Source of the DNA: Archaeoglobus fulgidus DSM 4304
GTDB lineage: Archaea > Halobacteriota > Archaeoglobi > Archaeoglobales > Archaeoglobaceae
Reading direction: 5' to 3'
Assembly: GCF_000008665.1 (NCBI RefSeq)
Contig: NC_000917.1
Location: 1,230,001 to 1,262,000 of the forward strand
DNA length: 32,000 nt
Shown here in pieces: positions 25,334 to 32,000 of the stretch (position 1 is the stretch's first letter; the number at the start of each line of letters is the position of its first letter). A program made the position numbers and the translations under genes. The notes below the pieces were generated by a model, which saw only the letters and a program-made list of their open reading frames with translations, did not search any database and was not told the origin of the DNA.

Positions 25334-27660
25334 CAGTTACCACTCCCCACGGATTCAGCCATACTTACGTAAAATTTCTGAACGTAATCCTTTAAGACTG
25401 CCAAAACAATTTCTTGGAACTTTCTCAGCCCATCAAACGACTTTATCTTTAGTTTTCCGTTGTTATTCTCAATGCCTATCCCATCCATCTCGCTCAAAAA
25501 CAACCGGTACTTGTTTGATTTGGCTATTCGCCTTAATGTGTCAGCATCCACAATGAGGTTGTAGAATCCTCTTGTGATTTTGAAGTTTATGATTTCCGAG
25601 CGCACGTATTGCCAATCGATTAGCTCGAAATACTCTTCAGGAACCTCTACTGGATTGTCCGTTACCGTTTCAGCAGCTCCAACCTTCAATCCGTGCGCTA
25701 CAGTAATTTTAGGCCTCAAATCAATCTTAATCGTCTCCAGAATATCTTCCTCAAATCTGAGCTTCACGGGATAATCAAAACCATCCTTTGTTGTGTAAAT
25801 TCCATCTTCCCGTTTTTCGGGACGGTTGAGCCTAATTGCTAACTCCTCGTAATCCACTTCCTCATTTGATATCGCCCTCAGGAATGCGTTAATGTAGTCG
25901 GCGTTTAGCCCAAAAATGAAAAGCGTCTGCAGAACCTTGAGTTTGTAGTCCGGATTTTCCTCCCTTTTCAAAGAGAAGTTCTTCCCCTTCAGCCTTACAC
26001 CCCTTCCAAAGAGCTGGATGATCTGAGGCCCCTCCCCCTTCCCCATGTTGATTAAAACCATGTTAGAAACTCTCCATGAGTTCCAGCCCTCCACAAATTT
26101 TTTCGAACCAATTAGTATATTTATCGAAGAATTGTTTTCGTTAACTTCGAAAAACAAGGAATGGCTGAAATGGTCCTCTTTGACATCCATCTCTGAAATC
26201 AACTTTTTCAGTGTGCCTACATCACCAACATTAACGACGCCGAAATAGCTTTCAGCCGTGGAAATCTTGAGCCCCAACTCCCCATCGGCATTATTTATTT
26301 CGTAAACCTCCAGCCTCCCCTTACCGCCAAATACTTTCCGATAAACGTTTTCCACAAGAGAATCGACGTCGAGATTTCTTATGAACTCGAACTTTCCCTC
26401 AAAAATATCGTTCCCGTTGGTGTCCAAAAGTCCAGACTCGCCTTTCAGGATTTTCGCAGCGTTCTCTTTCAGATACCTTTCATCCCTTGCTATTCTTTCC
26501 AGATACTGAATTACCCTAACTACATCTGAATTTATTCCCTTTCCAGCGACCCTGCTACCAACAAAAACCCACAGGGGTTTCTCTATGCTGTAAGCTCTCA
26601 GCTCATCCCTGTATCTTTCAAAAACTTCCAGTTGCTCGTAAAAAGACAGCAATGCTGCAGTAAGTAGCAAATCTCTCTGCGTTTCTGTGTAGGCGTCTTC
26701 TCTTATGTTGTAAACGTAGAAGTCCTTTCCGTATCCGTCTGCGTAGAAGTACTTGTAGGAGTAATCGAAAATGATTGCCTTCGCGTATTCCTCAAGCAAA
26801 TCCCTGTTCTTACCCACAACCTGCCCGAAAGTTGCGGAGTACTCAAATATAAACCCGTTCTTTCCTATCTCCTCCCTCAGCTTTTTCCACTTCTGCTCCT
26901 CCGACTTCTGCCCCTTATGTCCCTCGTCGATAAACACCAGGTTTTTACCGTCAAAATAAGAAACGTCAACAGTCACACCTCTCCCCCTCTTCTCTTCAGT
27001 CAGCTTGTGGATGTCTATTACCAGAATCTCTCCGTCTTTCGTTTTCAGGTTGTCAACATTCCCATCGTACAGCTTGCATGGAATGCCGCTCAGCCTCAAT
27101 TCCTCGTAATGCTGCCTGGACAGTCCTTCGTTGGGTGTTATCAGAATTACGTTGTCCCAGCGGTTCTTCGAATATTTTAACATTTGCCAGTAGTTTATGT
27201 GCATTACAAGGGTCTTTCCGCTTCCCGTCGCCATCCAGAAGGCAAGCTTCCTGAGGTCCTCTTCTGTGAAAGGGGCTACTTTCTTTTTGCTTTTTTTGCT
27301 GTAGTTATCCAGAAACGTGTTGAGGTCGCTTAGAAATCGACTTCTGTCGTTGTAATACGCATCCAGAAAGATTTCTGTGAACAAAACAGCTAGATACTGG
27401 AAGTATTTGAGGTTGAAGCTCTGCTGTCTTCTATTTCGCCTTAATCTCTCAACATACTCCCTTATTGCCTCATCGTATTTTATTAAGTCCCTTTCCCAAT
27501 CCGGCCTTAATCGGATTAGGAGGTCAGCAAAATAGCTTCTACCGGAAGCATCGTAGCCCTCCAGCGCGTCTTTCAGCTTCTCTCTCAGCTCGTTGAAATG
27601 ATTAATACCGAAAAGGTTGAGAAAGTATTTGTTCAGAATCAAATACTGCTCAAGCCTCAT
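25333..27660 (-). CDS. Type III restriction Res-like SF2 helicase/translocase (no obvious nuclease domain)
   Basis: Walker A WMATGSGKT (27211-27231), DEGH (26917-26928), SAT, KFVEGWNSWRV and QLFGRGVRL. I prefer the ATG at 27658-27660 (MRLEQYLILN), which has GGAGGG 7 nt upstream, to the TTG at 27738 used in the track. Confidence 0.8.
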   Translation of the reverse strand: MRLEQYLILNKYFLNLFGINHFNELREKLKDALEGYDASGRSYFADLLIRLRPDWERDLIKYDEAIREYVERLRRNRRQQSFNLKYFQYLAVLFTEIFLDAYYNDRSRFLSDLNTFLDNYSKKSKKKVAPFTEEDLRKLAFWMATGSGKTLVMHINYWQMLKYSKNRWDNVILITPNEGLSRQHYEELRLSGIPCKLYDGNVDNLKTKDGEILVIDIHKLTEEKRGRGVTVDVSYFDGKNLVFIDEGHKGQKSEEQKWKKLREEIGKNGFIFEYSATFGQVVGKNRDLLEEYAKAIIFDYSYKYFYADGYGKDFYVYNIREDAYTETQRDLLLTAALLSFYEQLEVFERYRDELRAYSIEKPLWVFVGSRVAGKGINSDVVRVIQYLERIARDERYLKENAAKILKGESGLLDTNGNDIFEGKFEFIRNLDVDSLVENVYRKVFGGKGRLEVYEINNADGELGLKISTAESYFGVVNVGDVGTLKKLISEMDVKEDHFSHSLFFEVNENNSSINILIGSKKFVEGWNSWRVSNMVLINMGKGEGPQIIQLFGRGVRLKGKNFSLKREENPDYKLKVLQTLFIFGLNADYINAFLRAISNEEVDYEELAIRLNRPEKREDGIYTTKDGFDYPVKLRFEEDILETIKIDLRPKITVAHGLKVGAAETVTDNPVEVPEEYFELIDWQYVRSEIINFKITRGFYNLIVDADTLRRIAKSNKYRLFLSEMDGIGIENNNGKLKIKSFDGLRKFQEIVLAVLKDYVQKFYVSMAESVGSGN

Positions 27661-27752
27661 TTCATACCCTCCAGTACTATATCTCAGGAGCTTGAGCTTT
27701 CTCTTAAATTTTTCCCCAAAAATTGTGAAAACAGACAAGGAGAGTCGAGGCG

Positions 27753-28217
27753 TCAGACCGCGTAATCAAGTATTTCATCAGTATCCAGGTTCAATAATGG
27801 GGGTAATTCACTTTTTTCCACTTCCACATCATTCAACCTGATAATTGCGGAGTTATCGGGATTCGTGTTAGAAAATGACAAACGATAATAACCCAAATAT
27901 TTGTACTCTGCTAAGGATTTGGGATTTTTCGGCCTCTCCTTTGGAGCCGAATTAAAATATTGCTCTGCCTCTGAAAAAATTTTGTTCATTGTATCAATAA
28001 ACTCAAGCCTATCCGACCGTATTTCCGAATTGTTAGTTAATTCTTCTACGAAAATAAAATATCCTGTGCAATAGTTAAGAAATATCCAGCGGATTGGCCC
28101 TATATAATCAAATTTAGACACTATATCCTCTCCCATGACTTGTTTCAAGTTAGACCCACGATAAAAGGACCTTTCACTTTCTGTTTTTTTGTAGTTTAAT
28201 TTTTTCTGCAGTCCCAT
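27753..28217 (-). CDS. Hypothetical 154-aa protein, no recognisable family. It may be the C-terminal half of a split or frameshifted gene together with 28196-28630
   Basis: ATG-initiated ORF in a very AT-rich stretch. It overlaps the upstream ORF by 22 nt and lies in the -1 frame relative to it. Confidence 0.45.
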   Translation of the reverse strand: MGLQKKLNYKKTESERSFYRGSNLKQVMGEDIVSKFDYIGPIRWIFLNYCTGYFIFVEELTNNSEIRSDRLEFIDTMNKIFSEAEQYFNSAPKERPKNPKSLAEYKYLGYYRLSFSNTNPDNSAIIRLNDVEVEKSELPPLLNLDTDEILDYAV

Positions 28218-28630
28218 AGCATTTTCAACATATATTCCTCTATTTGAAAATCTTTAAAAATTTTATAATTCTCTAGTTTATAAACTATGTAATCCTCAAT
28301 GTTTACTCTCACCTTTTCATTTTTGTCATTTAGAAAATATACTGTTCCATCCTCCAGAACATAAAGCACGTCAGTGCCCAAAAACTTCCATTCACTTAGA
28401 TCGTTTATCAAAAACTCGTTGAACAACATAAATATCACCCTCTGTGGAAGGCGAAGTTTAGCATTCAGGCTATTTTTTTCTTCTACGAAAAAGAACACTT
28501 TCTTTTTCTTGCTGAGAAATACAAAATCGATATCCTGAGTGACCAATCCCTCGTATGCAGATTTCAAATTTTTCCTCATCCAAACTGAGAAGCTGTCCAT
28601 TGACAAGCTCATTGCCAACCCGGGCAACAT
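28196..28630 (-). CDS. Hypothetical 144-aa protein with a PD-(D/E)xK-like nuclease motif
   Basis: ...GLVTQDIDFVFLSKKKKVFFFVEEKNSLNAKLRLPQ... contains D35-x14-E50-x-K52 embedded in beta-strand-like hydrophobic runs, followed by a Gln, as in restriction-endonuclease-fold cores. Confidence 0.45.
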   Translation of the reverse strand: MLPGLAMSLSMDSFSVWMRKNLKSAYEGLVTQDIDFVFLSKKKKVFFFVEEKNSLNAKLRLPQRVIFMLFNEFLINDLSEWKFLGTDVLYVLEDGTVYFLNDKNEKVRVNIEDYIVYKLENYKIFKDFQIEEYMLKMLWDCRKN

Positions 28631-28646
28631 GCTACCATCTATTATA

Positions 28647-31556
28647 TCAATTTTGTGGTGTAAACATCAACGATTTAAACAACGACTCTATTGGCCTGAA
28701 GCCCTTTACCGCTGCATCCCCATTAATGTAAATCTCGTCGGGTTCAAACCCATTTACGTTGCTCTCGATAACCTCTCTGTCTTTCTTCCAATCTATGCCC
28801 ACAACGCTTCTCCAAACAATAGAAATCCTTTTTCCATCTTTTTCTCCAAAAACAAAAACGTATTTTCTTCCGTTCTCTTCCAAAAACCTGTACTTGGCCA
28901 CATTCAAGCCAAGTAAATAATTGAAGGTCTCAACCAAGTCGGCATTAACCACCTTTTGCCGGTAGTTCTCCATGATTCTCAGCCTGTAGCTAAAGGGGTC
29001 TACCAGCTCATCAATGTCGAGGAACGTCTTGCTGTGCTTGGTTTCCCATTCGAGCATGTATCTGACAAAATAATCTGTGAAATCGTACAGTACTCTCTGC
29101 ACCTCCCCAAACTCAACGTTTTCCAGCGCATCCTCGTACTGCTCCAGCGTGTGGTATTTGAAAAACCCTCCCGCCGTTTTTTCGTTGTATTTTTCCCTGA
29201 CGTCCTTCTCCTTGCTTATGCCGGACTTGTCGTAGAACAGAACCTTTTTCATTCTCGGCAAAACCACTGACCAAAAGTGTTCTCCCATCTCAACGCCAAT
29301 CCACTTTCTTCTGAGTTTCTGGGCAACCGCCGTTGTCGTTCCCGAGCCGAGAAAGAAGTCCAGAACCAGATCACCCTCGTTGGATGTCGATTCTATGACG
29401 CGCTTCAGTAGAATTTCGGAGTTTTCAGTGGAGAACTTGAAGCCGTCGGAATAGGATGGGATGTCCTTCCAGTTGTCGGTTATCTTAACCTCATCGGAGG
29501 TTAGATACTCAACCTTCCAGTCATCTCCGCCGCAGTTTAAGCACCTGTCAATTTTTGTGACACCGAAAACGGCTGTCTCTGGTTTTATGTCAAAGTACTT
29601 GAACGCCTCAGTTTTACTTGCCAAAATCTTATTTCTGAACTTTTCTTTCGACTCCTCTTCGTCCCAGTAATAAACGGCCCCGCATTTTTTGCACTTCAGT
29701 CTCAAAAAGTGTTCTTTCAGGAGTTTGTCCACCTTCTCCTGCACCAATGAAAAATGCTGCCCCTTCGGTGGATACAGAACTTTCCCGAAGAACGTCCTTT
29801 CCGGCGGATTCCTCTCCCCCTGGTTTAAAAAGCCCGTCCATTTGAAGTCCACGAGACTTCTCTTCCTGTACAGGTCCCTTCTCAAATAATTGTCCGATTT
29901 TGAATAAAAGAGCAGATACTCGCTCTCAACTTCAAACTTGTTGGGTGTGCCTATGCTCTGCCTCTTTCTGTTCACTATGATTTCGTTTCTGTAGTTGTCC
30001 TTGCCGAATATCTCATTCAACAAAAGCTTTAAGTAGGCGTTGCCGTTGTAATCACACCTGACGAAAATACTACCCCTTTCGTTCAGCAACTCCCTCCCAA
30101 GCCTGATTCTGTTTTCAAGCATCGTTATCCACGTTGCATCCTTGTAACCAACCTTATAGAGAAAGTCAGCTTCCTGCTCTTTGTTGAAGGGAGGGTCGAT
30201 GTAGATCGTCTGAACCTTTTCGTAGTACTTGCTCAGCAGCAGATTTAAGGCGTGAAAGTTCTCGCTTTTTATCAAAACACCATCCAAAATCTCATCCAAA
30301 TCATTTTCCCTGGTTAAAGCGTCCACCAATTTCCACTTAAAGCTCTCGCTGAAATGTCTCGTGTCAATCGGCAGCTTTTTCCACTCCTTTCCCTCCAGAG
30401 TGTGGCCGGAAAGGAGGTCGCCTTTTCCCTTAACTTCGATGCCGAAAAGCTCCCTCCACTCCTCTCTCTGCCTTTCGTTGCTCAAAATCTCGTCAAGAAT
30501 GCTTTCTAGGAACTCTTCTCCAGCATACTCCTTAATCCTGTCCAGTGTGATTACGTAATGCGTATCAACAACGAACTTCTTCTTTTCCCAGAGCCTCTTC
30601 TGAAAGTTTTCAATCTGCGCCAGAAAATCGATTATCTTCAGAGCGATTCTTCTGAAAACCCTCATTCCAGCAAGGTAAAGTCTCAGCCTCTCAAAATATT
30701 TGCTCTCCTCCAAAACCTGCAGGTCCTCCAGCTGCAAAAACTCGTTTTTAATGTAAAAGTCCAATTCACGCTCCAGAAATCCCCTCAAATCCCTGTGAAT
30801 GAAATAGTCTGTCGTGTTTCTTCTGGTGTAATTGTAGAGATGCCTTTCAATGTAACTCCTGCCCTTCTGGGAGTTCGGGTCTTTTTCGAAGATTAGTCTT
30901 GCCAAACTTTTTTCCGGAATCTTTCTCTGCAAAATCCTAACCGTTTCCTCGTTGATTCTATCCTGCGTTATTCGCTTGAACCTTTTCTCTTCCTCCTCAG
31001 TAAGACCTCTGTATTCAAAGTATATGTTCAGCTCCCTCCTCTCCTCGTCGAAGTCCGCTATTTTTTCACTTAAAACGAAAAACTTCCTCTCCGGTGACTT
31101 TATGTTGCCCTTCTCCTCCTCTGCCTCCACAACTCTAAAGTTAACGGTCAACTCCTTAACCCTAAACGTGTACCTCCCGAAGCATTCGGTGGTTTTTACG
31201 TAATATTGATCCTTGTTTGCCCAGTAAAGCAAAACCTCCTCACCGTTGTAGGGAACGACGTACTTTTCATTCCTTCCGTATCTCCTTTTGCTTATGAAGT
31301 CGCCTTTGTCATAGTACCTTGAGAAGAACGTTATCAGATGATTGTAAACCTCCTTCTCCAGCTCTTCAGCCAATTTCAGCTGATTTTCAATTTCCTCAAT
31401 TAAATCCTTCTCGATGAACCTTTCAATCTCCTCCCGCCTGTAGTTCATTATCCTGTAGATGCCAAAGTCCAGATCAGCATTCTCGAATTGAAACATTTCT
31501 CTTAAATTTGCCTTCAATTTCTCTTTCAGGTCGCTTTTGCCCTCCATACTACCCAT
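28647..31556 (-). CDS. Large beta-class (N6-adenine/N4-cytosine, PF01555-type, Mod-like) DNA methyltransferase with a ~440-aa N-terminal extension, a Cys4 zinc ribbon in the target-recognition region and a ~200-aa C-terminal extension
   Basis: 969 aa. Motif IV IYIDPPFN (DPPF at 30186-30197) precedes motif I LVLDFFLGSGTTTAVAQKL. CKKCG...CLNCG (29532-29693) lies between them. N-terminal conserved-looking blocks are DLDFGIYRIMN and YVVPYNGEEVLLYWANKDQYYVKT. Confidence 0.85.
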   Translation of the reverse strand: MGSMEGKSDLKEKLKANLREMFQFENADLDFGIYRIMNYRREEIERFIEKDLIEEIENQLKLAEELEKEVYNHLITFFSRYYDKGDFISKRRYGRNEKYVVPYNGEEVLLYWANKDQYYVKTTECFGRYTFRVKELTVNFRVVEAEEEKGNIKSPERKFFVLSEKIADFDEERRELNIYFEYRGLTEEEEKRFKRITQDRINEETVRILQRKIPEKSLARLIFEKDPNSQKGRSYIERHLYNYTRRNTTDYFIHRDLRGFLERELDFYIKNEFLQLEDLQVLEESKYFERLRLYLAGMRVFRRIALKIIDFLAQIENFQKRLWEKKKFVVDTHYVITLDRIKEYAGEEFLESILDEILSNERQREEWRELFGIEVKGKGDLLSGHTLEGKEWKKLPIDTRHFSESFKWKLVDALTRENDLDEILDGVLIKSENFHALNLLLSKYYEKVQTIYIDPPFNKEQEADFLYKVGYKDATWITMLENRIRLGRELLNERGSIFVRCDYNGNAYLKLLLNEIFGKDNYRNEIIVNRKRQSIGTPNKFEVESEYLLFYSKSDNYLRRDLYRKRSLVDFKWTGFLNQGERNPPERTFFGKVLYPPKGQHFSLVQEKVDKLLKEHFLRLKCKKCGAVYYWDEEESKEKFRNKILASKTEAFKYFDIKPETAVFGVTKIDRCLNCGGDDWKVEYLTSDEVKITDNWKDIPSYSDGFKFSTENSEILLKRVIESTSNEGDLVLDFFLGSGTTTAVAQKLRRKWIGVEMGEHFWSVVLPRMKKVLFYDKSGISKEKDVREKYNEKTAGGFFKYHTLEQYEDALENVEFGEVQRVLYDFTDYFVRYMLEWETKHSKTFLDIDELVDPFSYRLRIMENYRQKVVNADLVETFNYLLGLNVAKYRFLEENGRKYVFVFGEKDGKRISIVWRSVVGIDWKKDREVIESNVNGFEPDEIYINGDAAVKGFRPIESLFKSLMFTPQN

Positions 31557-31624
31557 CCCTTAGTCTTTAGTCTTATTATCCTACCACCCATTCATTTTTG
31601 AGCGTATCGGTTTCGTGTTCGAGA

Positions 31625-32000
31625 TGTGATATCCCGAATTAATTTCACTCCTCAAACAACCACCTCCCGTACTCAAACACCCTTTCAGCAGGTAGCTTCC
31701 TCAAAAAGGCCTGATAGGGAGTCTCCAATTCGTCGAAATTCAGGCTCATGTGAGGCTTAACGTAATTGTACCAATAAATGAACTCATCCAAAGAATCAAA
31801 CAGATGGATCTTCTGCTCCATCAAACCAAAGAACCTCTCTATCTTTCCATTCGTTTGTGGATGGTTTATTCTGGCAAGAACATGCCTTACTCCATTCTCG
31901 GCCAAAAACTCCCTGAATCTATGCTTGGCCTTCTCTCTGCTTTTAGCTGCAACAAACTGAGTTCCGTGATCTGTGAGGATCTCATCCGGAATGCCATACT
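31625..32000 (-). mobile_element. Second copy of the 963-bp IS (partial, cut by the window end), same orientation as copy 1
   Basis: By my base-by-base reading, 31625-32000 is identical to 4716-5091. Confidence 0.85.
31645..32000 (-). CDS. IS transposase, C-terminal part (gene continues beyond the window end)
   Basis: Translation is identical to the C-terminus of the 4736-5635 transposase (...HPQTNGKIERFFGLMEQKIHLF...). Confidence 0.85.
   Translation of the reverse strand, partial: YGIPDEILTDHGTQFVAAKSREKAKHRFREFLAENGVRHVLARINHPQTNGKIERFFGLMEQKIHLFDSLDEFIYWYNYVKPHMSLNFDELETPYQAFLRKLPAERVFEYGRWLFEE

Noticed and set aside
25301-25360. Possible att-like direct repeats marking the borders of the defence cassette (compared with 31557-31624)
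   Set aside because: Only weak, gapped similarity (taccac..cc..attca) is visible. That is not convincing without an alignment tool.
31561-31575. Tandem heptamer tagtctt-tagtctt just upstream of the methyltransferase start
   Set aside because: There are only two copies in AT-rich promoter DNA, so it may be part of the promoter or pure chance. It is too short to interpret.
1-32000. Search for CRISPR arrays, tRNA or rRNA genes
   Set aside because: I found no regularly spaced direct repeats and no cloverleaf-like or rRNA-like stretches. Intergenic space is short and AT-rich. The only long repeat is the IS pair.
4716-32000. The two IS copies plus the intervening 26 kb as a composite transposon
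   Set aside because: The intervening DNA is mostly core-like (liv transporter, helicase, housekeeping genes) with host-like composition. Copy 1 also lacks target duplications. IS-mediated rearrangement is more plausible than a mobile 27-kb unit.

Overview
The window looks like a euryarchaeal chromosome segment. Gene content, the Vht hydrogenase + Hdr context and a 963-bp IS element point, from memory, to Archaeoglobus fulgidus. I saw no rRNA, tRNA or CRISPR array.

Gene order, left to right:
1. The 5' end of an hdrA-like gene, then a complete Vht-type membrane [NiFe]-hydrogenase operon (small subunit, large subunit, cytochrome b, maturation protease), all on the minus strand.
2. A small wHTH regulator.
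3. A complete 963-bp IS (ISA0963-like) abutting the orphan 3' end of an alpha/beta-hydrolase gene.
4. An orphan CheY-like receiver.
5. A vapBC pair whose antitoxin is frameshifted.
6. An Upf1-like SF1 helicase.
7. A divergently arranged branched-chain amino-acid ABC transporter (livKGF / livHM).
8. Three small housekeeping-type genes.
9. A long minus-strand block with a corrinoid salvage/uptake locus: btuC, btuD-fusion, cbiZ, two large secreted proteins, and a frameshifted btuF.
10. ACT, Lrp-domain and PUA genes.
11. An AT-rich four-ORF restriction-modification-like cassette, directly followed by a second, identical IS copy cut by the window end.

The two best candidates for undescribed biology:
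- The non-canonical cassette at 25.3-31.6 kb. It has a Mod-like methyltransferase with a long N-terminal extension and a zinc ribbon, two orphan small ORFs, and a Res-like helicase. One small ORF has a PD-(D/E)xK-like motif, and the two are joined by a slippery A-run.
- The surface corrinoid-capture module at 16.8-21.1 kb. It combines a beta-propeller, DUF4430-like modules, an alpha/alpha-repeat region and a PGF-CTERM anchor, translationally coupled to btuF.

All calls rest on reading the translations and motifs by eye. No database search was run.
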